Below, piece after piece: positions 1 to 9,228 of a stretch of DNA of 64,000 bases. The notes below the pieces were generated by a model. The model saw nothing but the letters and a program-made list of their open reading frames with translations, made no database searches and was not told the origin of the DNA. Positions within the stretch are counted from its first letter, which is position 1; each line of letters begins with the position of its first letter. The stretch lies in IMG/VR virus record IMGVR_UViG_3300036900_000025, positions 14,955 to 78,954 of that record; one strand, given 5' to 3'. The stretch is from a virus. Made by a program: the position numbers and the translations under genes.

Positions 1-724
1 CGTTCCAGAAGTTGTACTCTTCCGGGATATCGTCCATGCAGGTGACGCGCATGTACTCGTCTAGGAAGGTGTTGGGCTCAACGATGTTCGTCCAGTCAAG
101 CGTCGGGAAGACGATCTCTTCTTCCTCGTCGTCATCATCACCTGTGATCGAGACGACGGGGGCGACGGGAGAGTCTACCGATTCATCTGCTGGAGTACTC
201 TCTCGGCTCTCTTCAGGAGGGACCGGAATAGGAGCCATGACGCCAGGTAGAGAGACAAAAGTCCAGCCGAAGCTGCGAGCCATGTCCCGACGGAGGTTGT
301 GGAAGTCTGCTCCGGACTTGTAACCGGGCCGCTGGTAGCCAAAGTGGATTGCAGCGAGGTCATAGTGATCTCCACCTTCCTGGCAACCGCCACAGAACCA
401 GGTATTCTTGTCAGTGTTGAGCCAAGCTGACGGGTCGCGGTCTGGGTGGCTGGGAAGCGGACAGCTAACCTTGATGCCTTCGGTTCGCTTGTCGGCTGGA
501 TTGACCGCTGACTTGTTGATCCACTTGCGGTAAGCGTCGATGATCCCGATGCGATTGACTGCCTCGTCAAGGCTTTGATCCTCGGGTGATCGCTGGTAGG
601 GGTCCTCTGGCGTCAGATCGGCGAAATCTGACGGTGTTGAGGGAGGAGGAGGTGGTGGAACAGCCTTTGCGGCTTCTTCGGCAGCACGCCGCTCAGCGAG
701 CTTCTGCTCGAACTTAGAAGTCAC
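1..724 (-). CDS. CHC2 zinc-finger DNA primase/helicase-type protein, N-terminal part (runs off window start)
   Basis: Not in the ORF track. Manual translation from GTG 724 gives MTSKFEQK...KVSCPLPSHPDRDPSAWLNTDKNTWFCGGCQEGGD, a CHC2 primase zinc finger. Starts 2 nt after the stop of the AEP gene. Confidence 0.75.
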   Translation of the reverse strand, partial: MTSKFEQKLAERRAAEEAAKAVPPPPPPSTPSDFADLTPEDPYQRSPEDQSLDEAVNRIGIIDAYRKWINKSAVNPADKRTEGIKVSCPLPSHPDRDPSAWLNTDKNTWFCGGCQEGGDHYDLAAIHFGYQRPGYKSGADFHNLRRDMARSFGWTFVSLPGVMAPIPVPPEESRESTPADESVDSPVAPVVSITGDDDDEEEEIVFPTLDWTNIVEPNTFLDEYMRVTCMDDIPEEYNFWN

Positions 725-726
725 AG

Positions 727-1578
727 TTAGTCGGTCCAGGGAGTGGCTGTAGTCAGTGCCCACTCGGGATCGCAGGGAACCATCTGGCCCATCGGCGTTC
801 GCATGTCGATAAAGAACGTGGGATCAGTGGACTTCAGGTTTCGTCCCAGGGGAAGTCGCATGAGGTTCCCAAGATCCTTGCCACCGAGGCTGTCCTGCTT
901 AGGAAATACCTCGATTGACAGGTTAGGATAACCGCTGATCGGATCGCGGTCGATAGAGCGATAGAAGTTGTCTCCCCGAGCAGGTGCCCAACCGCCGAGC
1001 GCATCGAGTACGATTCTGGCTCCGTCTCGTGCGTCACGAGCAGGTATCCGTCCAGTGAAGCCGTAGACGTGAACACCCTTACCTCCGGAGTACGCGACGG
1101 CTACAGGCAGATCAAGCTCATCGTGGACATACTTGGCGAGGAGAGAAGCCACCATCTTGAGCTGGAACTTGTACCAAGCCCTACCAGGGTGGCTTCGATC
1201 TTTCCAGGACGCTCTGGCATCGGCGTACTCGATGGTCGGATTATCATTGGCGTCTTGAAAATCAGGTACATAAGTGCCTCGGTAGGGGTCCGACTCCTTC
1301 TCGGGGTCGCCGTCCTTCTCTAGGTCGATGTCGAAGGCGAACAGCTTGACGGTGTCGTCAGTGTTCAGCAGGTAGTGACCGAAGGAGCGGCTACCGTCCA
1401 GGTGAGCCAGAAGATCTTCTCGCGTCCAGGGCAATCTCGTCTTACTGCCCTGTGGACCCGTTTCGTGGGGCGTCCAGATGCCCGTTGTCTGCTGTATCGC
1501 CTTGACGTCTGGCCTTGCGATGAACTTCGCGGCGAACAGGTTTGCAATAACGTTCGGGTCAGACAAGTAAGCCCCCAT
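727..1578 (-). CDS. Archaeo-eukaryotic primase (AEP)/primase-polymerase domain protein
   Basis: FAFDID (DxD), YSGGKGVHVY and EVFPKQ...GNLMRLPLG motifs. Probable start is MGAYLSD; the track extends to 1659. Confidence 0.85.
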   Translation of the reverse strand: MGAYLSDPNVIANLFAAKFIARPDVKAIQQTTGIWTPHETGPQGSKTRLPWTREDLLAHLDGSRSFGHYLLNTDDTVKLFAFDIDLEKDGDPEKESDPYRGTYVPDFQDANDNPTIEYADARASWKDRSHPGRAWYKFQLKMVASLLAKYVHDELDLPVAVAYSGGKGVHVYGFTGRIPARDARDGARIVLDALGGWAPARGDNFYRSIDRDPISGYPNLSIEVFPKQDSLGGKDLGNLMRLPLGRNLKSTDPTFFIDMRTPMGQMVPCDPEWALTTATPWTD

Positions 1579-1630
1579 GCGTTTACCGCTCGAGAGTCGG
1601 AGGAGCGGGCCGGATAGCGCGTAGGGGACC

Positions 1631-1659
1631 ACCCTATCCCCTCCCGGCCACGCGGGCAA
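1631..1659 (-). promoter_or_regulatory. Sigma-A-like promoter for the primase operon (TTGCCC-17-TAGGGT)
   Basis: Hexamers with 17-bp spacing in the divergent intergenic region. Confidence 0.55.
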
Positions 1660-1670
1660 GCGGAGGGATA

Positions 1671-1699
1671 TTGACGGACCGTCAGGCTAGTGCTACCAT
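1671..1699 (+). promoter_or_regulatory. Sigma-A-like promoter (TTGACG-17-TACCAT, extended TG)
   Basis: Near-consensus; shares CTAGTGCTAC with the promoter at 62297-62325. Confidence 0.7.
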
Positions 1700-1734
1700 C
1701 GCGAGCGCCGGAAGAGCGTGCCCCTTTGGCACCT

Positions 1735-1766
1735 GTCGCCCGCCGATGTCGGAGTCGGCGGGCGAC
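1735..1766 (+). terminator. 12-bp GC hairpin (terminator or attenuator)
   Basis: gtcgcccgccga / tcggcgggcgac perfect inverted repeat; no U-tract. Confidence 0.5.
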
Positions 1767-1771
1767 GCTGC

Positions 1772-1802
1772 TTGACGCGGCATAGGGACGTGTGCCTATG
1801 CT
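1772..1802 (+). promoter_or_regulatory. Promoter for a probable leaderless mRNA (TTGACG-19-TATGCT, ATG 7 nt later)
   Basis: -10 TATGCT at 1797-1802, ATG at 1810, no Shine-Dalgarno. Confidence 0.55.
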
Positions 1803-1809
1803 GTGCGCT

Positions 1810-3174
1810 ATGGGCACCGAAGTCTGGTTTCGGAACCCGGACAACTACGTCCGGGAGCTGGTGGAGTGTGCTCAGGGAAACATCTGCTTCGATCGAGGCT
1901 ACCTCATCAAGCGGAACATCGACGTTCAGAAGTGGGCCGCACTGTACTATGGTGCAGGCCTGAGCTACCGGCTCCTGACTGTCGGTTCGCAGGGTACCGC
2001 CGAGTACCGTCCCGGTTCTGACGATCCTGTGGCGGTCTACCCGACGTGGGCTTACGGCGAAGACTGGGCGATGCTGGAGGAGATTGTCTCCGAGCCGCTC
2101 GGTGAGAACAAGGAGGTTTGCTTTGACACCTCGATCCCAAAAGACGAGCGACCTGTATTCGGTCAAGAGCACCGAGTTGTCGTCGTCGAGCCCCCCAACT
2201 CGAGTTCGGGCCCAGGGCGTCAGTTCCTCCGCAATCTCAAGATCCTCCAAGAGGACTACCCGGACTGCATCGTCCATATCCACGGCCTCTACGGATACAG
2301 AGCAGCCTTCGGACTAGGTCTGGGTGCTGCCGACGTGGAGCCTCGTACTGCTGCACAGAAGGGCAAGGTTCACCTTCCCAGCGGTGGCGAGGCGAAGTTC
2401 GAGAAGGTCCAGTCGCACGCTCAGTGGGTCACAGCGATGGGCTTCACTCCTGGGGACTTGGCGGTCCCTCGGAACCGCTGCATCTACAACATCAAGGCAG
2501 CGATCTGGGCTGGAAAGCACTACACAGAGCTGATCAACGTGAAGGTGAGAGGCGGAAACGCTACTCCCGACATCGTTTCGTCCGAGGTTGCTCACCGGCC
2601 TGCCGAAACGGTACACGGCTTTAGCCTGCCGATCATCAAGCCGAAGGAAGGCGACAAGTTCGCCTGCGACACCTGCAGTTTGTCCGGTACTTGCAAGCAC
2701 TACCGAGAAGGGGCGGTGTGTAGCTTGCCCGAGTCTGAGTCCCGAGAACTCGCAACACACTTCCAGACCCGTGACAGCGGCCTCATCATGGAGGGGCTCT
2801 CGGAGATCACGAGAATGCAAGCTCGTCGAACCGAGCGCGCCATTCAGATCGAAGAGATCGACGGCGATGTTGACGACAAGGTCACGAAGATGCTCAGCGT
2901 GCTGTTCGATCAGGGCAGCAAGCTGGCGAAGCTGATCGACCCGAGCCTTCGGGCACCGGGCGTACAGGTGAACGTGGGAGCAGGTGGGCAGGCATCTGTT
3001 CAGATTACACCACAGCAGGCAATCGCGGCGATCTATCGTGAGCTTGAGGCTCGCGGTGTTCCTCGCAACGAGATCACTCCCGACATGGTAAAGCAGCTGC
3101 TTGGGCAGATGACGCCACAGCAGTCTCACCGAACCATTCCGGGAGAGATAGAGCGTGGCGAGCAGACCGCATAG
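1810..3174 (+). CDS. Degenerate TGT/DpdA-like barrel + Cys4 zinc module + helical C-terminus; candidate terminase small subunit
   Basis: ICFDRGY, HIHG, AADVEP..AAQKG and R..YNI echo the FLDSG/HxxG/SxDSS/R..N order of phage TGT-like proteins; CDTC-x5-C-x8-C; lies upstream of TerL. Confidence 0.5.
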   Translation: MGTEVWFRNPDNYVRELVECAQGNICFDRGYLIKRNIDVQKWAALYYGAGLSYRLLTVGSQGTAEYRPGSDDPVAVYPTWAYGEDWAMLEEIVSEPLGENKEVCFDTSIPKDERPVFGQEHRVVVVEPPNSSSGPGRQFLRNLKILQEDYPDCIVHIHGLYGYRAAFGLGLGAADVEPRTAAQKGKVHLPSGGEAKFEKVQSHAQWVTAMGFTPGDLAVPRNRCIYNIKAAIWAGKHYTELINVKVRGGNATPDIVSSEVAHRPAETVHGFSLPIIKPKEGDKFACDTCSLSGTCKHYREGAVCSLPESESRELATHFQTRDSGLIMEGLSEITRMQARRTERAIQIEEIDGDVDDKVTKMLSVLFDQGSKLAKLIDPSLRAPGVQVNVGAGGQASVQITPQQAIAAIYRELEARGVPRNEITPDMVKQLLGQMTPQQSHRTIPGEIERGEQTA

Positions 3175-3379
3175 TCGTCAGTGTCTAGGGTGCGGGGAGA
3201 AGAACCTTGACGAGTACCAGCTCTGGGTCCACGACAAAAGGCACTATTACGAGATCCTCGAGGAGTTCGGAATCACAACGCCTCAATCCGTGCATCCGTC
3301 GAGATTCCGTGCCCCCCATCTGCGGCTCGTGCAAGGACCAGTTTCTGAGGAGAACGTTGACCGGCGAGATGGTTTGTGA
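3155..3379 (+). CDS. Small CxxC/His zinc-finger-like hypothetical protein
   Basis: CLGC...HDKRH; overlaps both neighbours (GTGA coupling to TerL). Confidence 0.55.
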   Translation: MASRPHSRQCLGCGEKNLDEYQLWVHDKRHYYEILEEFGITTPQSVHPSRFRAPHLRLVQGPVSEENVDRRDGL

Positions 3380-5262
3380 CAGGTGCCACGGTGGCTGACC
3401 CTGACTACGACCGGATTGCAGCCGAGGTAAAGTGGCTCAACGACAATCCGCACTTCGAACAGCGCCCGGCCACGATGCTGGAGTTCTTTGGTGCTGATTA
3501 CCTCAACATCGAAGGCAAGGTTCGGCCTGGCTTGAGGGATGCGCTCATCGACATCTTCGGTGACGAAGTGTCGGGCGACATCCTCAGCCGCGTGCGCTAC
3601 GCGATGGTGACTGGCGCTATCGGCATCGGCAAGACGACGTTCGCTTCGATCGCACTGCCGTACATGGCTCACTGGGTTCTGTGTCTCAAGAATCCACAGG
3701 ACTACTTCAACCTGATGGACGGCTCGCGCATCGCCTTCATGCAGATGTCAACTTCCGAGAAGCAGGCCCTCGAAGTCGTGTTCGGTGACATCTTCGCTCG
3801 CATCAAGCACTCGCCCTGGTTCCTGCAGAACGCACCGTACGATGACAAGTACTCGAAGCAGATCAGGTTCCCCAAGGACATCTGGATCATTCCTGGTGAC
3901 TCGTCTGAGACGACCTTCGAAGGTTACAACATCTTGGGCGGCATCCTCGATGAGATGGATAGCCACAAGGTCACCAAGGACAAGGACTACGCCGACGTAG
4001 GCTTCGATACGATCAACTCTCGCATCGAGTCCCGGTTCGGCAACAAGGGCCTGATCATCCTCATCGGCCAGATGAAGAAGAACAGCGGCTTCGCGGCTCG
4101 TAAGTACAACGAGCTAAAGGGCGATCCCGAGGCAACAGTAATTCGCCAAGCTATCTGGGAGTCTCTGGGGTGGGATAAGTTCCTCAACGAGGACGGCGAG
4201 CGCGACAGCTTCTTCTACGACACCAAGCGCAAGGCAGTCATCACCAAAGAGCTTGCTGCGCTTGTCGATCACCCCGAACACCTGATCGAGGTACCTCGTG
4301 TCTACATCAAGAGTTTCCAGAACAACCCGGAGAAAGCGCTACGGGACCTTGCTGGCATACCGCCAGCAGTCTCTGATCCGTTTATCTCCCTGGTGGACAG
4401 GATTGAGGAAGCCAGGGATCGGTGGAAGGCTCGCATGGCGGGTGTCGGTGGAGAGTCTCCAGTTGATGACCGGACAACTCGACCGAAGTTCCGACCCTGG
4501 TTCACCAACGTAGACAGATACGATCCTCGGAAGCGTGCTGCACACATCGACATCGCCATCAGTGGCGACGGAGATGCGTGCGGCATAGCGATGGGCTATG
4601 TTGACTCGATCGTGGAGATCGACGAAGAGAAGAAGCCCTACATCGTCTTCGACTTCCTCATGAGAATCCACGCCATGCCAGGCACGGAGATCATGCTGTC
4701 GGAGGTTCGCCAGATCATCTACACGCTTCGTGACGACTTGCGTTTCCGTCTCAAGACGGTGACGCTGGATGGTTTCCAGTCCACTGACACGATGCAGCAA
4801 CTCCGCAAGAAGAAGTTCACCGTCGATTACCTCTCGGTAGACAAGAACACACTTCCTTACGAAGATCTGCGGGAAGCTATCTACGAGCGGCGAGTGGAGT
4901 TCCCTGAGTACGTCACTTATCTCAACGCCGGTGATGACCGTCGAGTCGAGATTGCTGTGAAGGAACTCATGGAGCTGTCTCACGACGGCAAGAAGGTAGA
5001 CCACCCCGAAGGAGGCTCGAAAGACGTAGCCGACGCTATGGCCGGGGTCGTGTCTACGCTCATGGGTGACCGGCAATACCGTAAGGGTGTAACGTCCATC
5101 GGTAACCCGGCCAATCGCCAGGATAGCCTCCAGGAAGTAGGACTCGAAGGTCTGAGCGCAGCACTGCCAGCGGGACTTAAGGCTCCCGTTCCACCGATGA
5201 GTGGTGGCGGCTCGTTTGGCCTTTCGGTTCCTCCGAGACTGCAGCCTCGACGGGAATGGTGA
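3376..5262 (+). CDS. terL: Terminase large subunit
   Basis: Walker A TGAIGIGKTT, Walker B GILDE, C-terminal nuclease HIDIA...DGFQS...KVDHP..GSKDVADA. Confidence 0.93.
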   Translation: MTGATVADPDYDRIAAEVKWLNDNPHFEQRPATMLEFFGADYLNIEGKVRPGLRDALIDIFGDEVSGDILSRVRYAMVTGAIGIGKTTFASIALPYMAHWVLCLKNPQDYFNLMDGSRIAFMQMSTSEKQALEVVFGDIFARIKHSPWFLQNAPYDDKYSKQIRFPKDIWIIPGDSSETTFEGYNILGGILDEMDSHKVTKDKDYADVGFDTINSRIESRFGNKGLIILIGQMKKNSGFAARKYNELKGDPEATVIRQAIWESLGWDKFLNEDGERDSFFYDTKRKAVITKELAALVDHPEHLIEVPRVYIKSFQNNPEKALRDLAGIPPAVSDPFISLVDRIEEARDRWKARMAGVGGESPVDDRTTRPKFRPWFTNVDRYDPRKRAAHIDIAISGDGDACGIAMGYVDSIVEIDEEKKPYIVFDFLMRIHAMPGTEIMLSEVRQIIYTLRDDLRFRLKTVTLDGFQSTDTMQQLRKKKFTVDYLSVDKNTLPYEDLREAIYERRVEFPEYVTYLNAGDDRRVEIAVKELMELSHDGKKVDHPEGGSKDVADAMAGVVSTLMGDRQYRKGVTSIGNPANRQDSLQEVGLEGLSAALPAGLKAPVPPMSGGGSFGLSVPPRLQPRREW

Positions 5263-5266
5263 CAAG

Positions 5267-6985
5267 TTGTCAAGTAGCTTGCTGGGACCGAATGGTCGGC
5301 CCATCAGCAGTGAGATGTTCAGGAACACCAAGGCCGATCCTCCCAAGACTGGCCCAGCGTTCGGTGCGTGGTCGGGACGAGACATCGTCTTCTCCACACT
5401 CCCTGGCGGCGGGGTCGTGCAGTTCGACCTCAGCAAGCTGACACTCGAAGACTTCCGGTCGATGCGTGACCACTACCAGGTCAACGCTTCACTGGCGGTG
5501 CTGTCGTTCTTGCAGCACCAAAGCGACTGGCACCTCGTTGGTGACGACAAGAAGATCACGTCGTTCTGCGAGGACCAGCTCCGCGAGAACTGGACCAAGC
5601 TCAACCGCGGTTTGGCGACTGCAAACTGGGCTGGCTACTCGCCTATGGCGCTGGAGTGGGACAACAATTACGACACCAGGTCGATTGACCTGTCCAAGGT
5701 CAAGGATCTCGTTCCCGAAGAGTGTCGAGTCAACTGGAAAGAGGTCGAAGGCTGGGCTCCCCCCGGTCGGTTGAAGCCGAAGTTCAAGATCTACGACGGC
5801 ATCAAGCACCAGGCAACCCCCGGCTGGCCGATTCCGGTCGATAACACCTTGTGGTACCCGCTCCTGATGGAGAACGGCGACTACTACGGTCGCAAGTTGC
5901 TCCGTCCAGCGTTCACGAGCTGGTTCTTCTCGATCCTGGTTCACCTGTTCGCAAACAGGTACTACGAGCGCTTCGGTGAGCCGACTCCCATCGGTCGTGC
6001 GCCTTTCGATGAAGAGATCGACATCGACGGTACGCCGGTTCGCGGTAATACCTTCATGCTGAACCTGCTTCAGCAGCTCCGCAACCGCTCCGTTGTCGTG
6101 CTGCCGAACGACCGCACGCAGGACGAGAACGGCAAGCCGTCGTTCGACTACAACATGGAGTACCTCGAGTCGCAGATGCGCGGCGCGGACTTCGAACGGT
6201 ACATGACGCGGCTGGATGAAGAGATCTCGATCGGTCTGTTCACGCCGATCCTGCTCCTCCGTACAGCTGATGTTGGCAGCTACAACCTCGGCGTCGGCCA
6301 CCTGCAGGTCTACCAGTGGATGCTGAACGCGATGAACGACGACCGCGCTCAGTACATCAACCAGTACCTGCTGCGCAAGATGACTGACTTCAACTTCAGC
6401 CCCAAGGCGCCTTCGCCGAAGATCGTCTTTCGCAAGATGGGCAACACGAACGCGGACATGATCTCTGCGCTCATCCAGGCGCTACTGAAGTCCAACAAGA
6501 TCAAGCTCGATCTTGACGAGCTCGGCCAGATGTCTGGCATGACGCTCAAGGAGGTCAGACAGACCACAGCACCAGACGCCACACCAGGGACCGGCCCGGA
6601 CACCGGAGGCGGCGATGGAGCAGGTTCTGGCGGGGGAGACGGCAACGGACCGGCCTCGGGGGCCGGTGGTAGCAACATCCTTTCGTCCATGACGGCTGCG
6701 ACCCTACGGGAGATAAAGACCCGCGTGCGTCCGCAGATCGTGAACGCCTTTGACGGCAAGAACACCGGCAAGATCAACATGGGATACCGCAATCGCATGG
6801 AAAAGGCGATGGCAGCCGACGGTGTCTCGAGCGCTCGTGAGAACACGGCGGCGCTCTATGACAAGATGGACCGCTGGCTGGAAGATGTCATGCCCATCGC
6901 AGACGAGTTCTCCTCATCCGACGAACTGTTCAACCTCTTCGACAAGGCTCTCGACACCACGGCAGCCTCGCTTGCCACGGCGTAA
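5267..6985 (+). CDS. Portal protein (DUF935/Mu gp29-like) with C-terminal extension
   Basis: Follows TerL; YG..LL...F..W and YYERFGEP motifs. Probable TTG start at 5267 (MSSSLLGPNGRPI). Confidence 0.85.
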   Translation: MSSSLLGPNGRPISSEMFRNTKADPPKTGPAFGAWSGRDIVFSTLPGGGVVQFDLSKLTLEDFRSMRDHYQVNASLAVLSFLQHQSDWHLVGDDKKITSFCEDQLRENWTKLNRGLATANWAGYSPMALEWDNNYDTRSIDLSKVKDLVPEECRVNWKEVEGWAPPGRLKPKFKIYDGIKHQATPGWPIPVDNTLWYPLLMENGDYYGRKLLRPAFTSWFFSILVHLFANRYYERFGEPTPIGRAPFDEEIDIDGTPVRGNTFMLNLLQQLRNRSVVVLPNDRTQDENGKPSFDYNMEYLESQMRGADFERYMTRLDEEISIGLFTPILLLRTADVGSYNLGVGHLQVYQWMLNAMNDDRAQYINQYLLRKMTDFNFSPKAPSPKIVFRKMGNTNADMISALIQALLKSNKIKLDLDELGQMSGMTLKEVRQTTAPDATPGTGPDTGGGDGAGSGGGDGNGPASGAGGSNILSSMTAATLREIKTRVRPQIVNAFDGKNTGKINMGYRNRMEKAMAADGVSSARENTAALYDKMDRWLEDVMPIADEFSSSDELFNLFDKALDTTAASLATA

Positions 6986-7244
6986 GTCTTCACACGATCT
7001 TCGGTGCTTCTGTCGCACCGAGCCTCTTCTCGCGGTCTACGGGCTTGACGAGAAGAGTGAGATCTACATTCACGTCCGTATCTACAAGCAGACGCGAGTG
7101 TTCGGCGAGTTGATCTTCAAGGGCGGCACCGTGAAGATGCGGTGTCGCGAGTGCCTTCGCTGGCACACTGTTGTAATCAGGTCAAACAACACGGCGGTAC
7201 TGGTGGAGGACCCTGATCCACCTTCCCTTGCCGTCGGAACGTGA
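6972..7244 (+). CDS. Small zinc-ribbon protein (Mu Com-like CxC...CxxC)
   Basis: DLRCFC...LLA...VKMRCRECLRWH; TTG start overlapping the portal stop. Confidence 0.6.
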   Translation: MPRRKSSHDLRCFCRTEPLLAVYGLDEKSEIYIHVRIYKQTRVFGELIFKGGTVKMRCRECLRWHTVVIRSNNTAVLVEDPDPPSLAVGT

Positions 7245-7256
7245 ACCCGTCCATGC

Positions 7257-7286
7257 TTGCGCCGTTGCGCGCCCGACCCGTAAGGT
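7257..7286 (+). promoter_or_regulatory. Putative late promoter for head genes (TTGCGC-18-TAAGGT)
   Basis: Intergenic; preceded by GTCCATGC, as at 14957. Confidence 0.5.
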
Positions 7287-7296
7287 ACCGGACAAC

Positions 7297-8742
7297 ATGA
7301 GCCGACGAAGCACTGCCGCTGGGGTCGTTCCCCTCGATCAGATCACAGCCCGAGGGCTGACTGCTCGGGGCCGGGAACACCTCACCATGCGTACCGACTC
7401 GACCAAGTCGTGGTTCAAGTTCGAGAACAAAAAGGGCTCGGACAAGACCGACATCTACATCTACGACGAGATCGGGTTCTGGGGCGTGACTGCCCAGGAC
7501 TTCGTCGATCAGCTCCGCGAGGTGGACAGCAAGAAGATCACGGTCCACGTCAACTCGCCTGGTGGTGCGATCTTCGACGGCATCGCCATTTACAACGCGC
7601 TCAAGCAGCACCCGGCTGAGGTCACGGTCACCGTGGATGCGCTCGCCGCCTCAGCTGCCAGCTTCATCGCCCAGGCCGGAGACGTCGTCCAGATGTCCCG
7701 CAACGCGACCATGATGATCCACGACGGAATGGGCATCTGCCTGGGCAACGCTGCGGACATGCGTGAGACTGCGGTTCTCCTCGACCGCATGTCGAACAAC
7801 ATCGCAGACATCTACGCGCAGCGTGCGGGTGGAGACGTCGGTACCTGGCGAGCCTTCATGCAGGCCGAGACGTGGTACACCGGCCAGGAAGCGGTCGATG
7901 CAGGCTTGGCCGACGAGGTTGTCGGAGAGACTCCTGCCGATGCCGAGGAAGCGAAGAACAACTGGGACCTGTCGTTCTTCAACTACGCAGGTCGAGACAA
8001 GGCACCATCCCCCGAGCACGTCAGGCAGACGATCCTCAAGAACACGGCCAAGGAGGCCCCCGTGAGTGGTACCACCAAGAACCAGGGCGGCGAAGGCGCG
8101 TCGGGCACTCCGGCAACGCCCGCCGCTACTCCTCCGAACCAGCCCGGTTCGGGCACTCCGGAGGACCCAGGCACAGGCTCGCCTGACACCGACCCGGACG
8201 CCAAGACCACCGAAGGCAGCAAGGGCGAGCCCGCCGACGCCAGCACCAACCCGCCTGCCGGTACGCCCGGTGGTGCTACCAGTCCGACGCCGACCGCGCA
8301 GTTCGCGGGCGTCCTGGTGAACGGCACCCTGGTTCAGGACCCCACAGCGGTCCAGAACCACGTCAACTCCCTCGAGAACTTCCGCAAGGAGACGCTCGAG
8401 GCGGGTCGCAAGAGCTTCGTCAAGAACCTCTGCGACGACAAGAAGATCGCGGCTACCCAGGTCGAGGCGACCGAGACGTTCGCCCTCGGCCTGACGGACG
8501 TGCAGTACACGCAGTGGGTCGCCTCGTGGCAGGACGCCCCGCCCGTGCCTGTGTTCGGTCAGCACGCGGCCGGAAGCACGAACCACGACGGGACGACGGA
8601 GGCCGACCCGGCAGCCGTCGAACTCCAGAACGCCAAGGACATTGTTCGCCAGCACCGTCTGGCCAACATGTCCCAGGAGAACCTGGAGAAGACTGCCTCC
8701 TGGGCGGTCCTCGTCAAGCACAACGCAACCGACTCCGTCTAG
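7297..8742 (+). CDS. ClpP-family capsid maturation protease fused to scaffold
   Basis: IYDEIG, NSPGG, LAASAAS (catalytic Ser), MIH, ETWY...A...GLAD; Pro/Gly/Thr linker, then a helical scaffold region. Confidence 0.9.
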   Translation: MSRRSTAAGVVPLDQITARGLTARGREHLTMRTDSTKSWFKFENKKGSDKTDIYIYDEIGFWGVTAQDFVDQLREVDSKKITVHVNSPGGAIFDGIAIYNALKQHPAEVTVTVDALAASAASFIAQAGDVVQMSRNATMMIHDGMGICLGNAADMRETAVLLDRMSNNIADIYAQRAGGDVGTWRAFMQAETWYTGQEAVDAGLADEVVGETPADAEEAKNNWDLSFFNYAGRDKAPSPEHVRQTILKNTAKEAPVSGTTKNQGGEGASGTPATPAATPPNQPGSGTPEDPGTGSPDTDPDAKTTEGSKGEPADASTNPPAGTPGGATSPTPTAQFAGVLVNGTLVQDPTAVQNHVNSLENFRKETLEAGRKSFVKNLCDDKKIAATQVEATETFALGLTDVQYTQWVASWQDAPPVPVFGQHAAGSTNHDGTTEADPAAVELQNAKDIVRQHRLANMSQENLEKTASWAVLVKHNATDSV

Positions 8743-8760
8743 GCAAGGGGACACTCAGAA

Positions 8761-9213
8761 ATGAGCACCTTCGTCAAGGGCGGCAGCGTCGGTACGCCCT
8801 TCGGTCGCAACGAGTTCCTGCGGAGTACGCAGGATGTCAAGACCGAGAGCTACACAGTCGCTGCCTCCACCGTGCCCGCGAGGACGATCGACGGCAACGC
8901 CGGTCAGAAGATCCTCAAGCCTGGCACCGTCATGGCAAAGATCACGTCCGGAGGCGACGCCGGCAAGATCGGCCCGTTCCAGGCGCTTGCCACCGATGGT
9001 CGCCAGACCCTCACCAACATCGTCGGCCTGGAGGTCACCTTCCTCCCCTGGCAGCTCATCGAGCGTGACGTGGAAGTCTCCGTCGCGTACGAGTGCACTG
9101 CCGTGCAGGGCTGGTGCATCGAGCTTGACTCCGCAGGAGCCGAGCTGGTCCTGACCAACACGACAGCAGATGCGATGCGGTCTTCCAAGACCCTCGACAT
9201 CATGTTCCACTGA
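8761..9213 (+). CDS. Head decoration protein (lambda gpD-like position)
   Basis: KILKPGTVMAKIT.G...GKIGPF...ATDGRQ motif; between protease and capsid; strong codon bias. Confidence 0.75.
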   Translation: MSTFVKGGSVGTPFGRNEFLRSTQDVKTESYTVAASTVPARTIDGNAGQKILKPGTVMAKITSGGDAGKIGPFQALATDGRQTLTNIVGLEVTFLPWQLIERDVEVSVAYECTAVQGWCIELDSAGAELVLTNTTADAMRSSKTLDIMFH

Positions 9214-9228
9214 GAAAGGGCGAGACAC

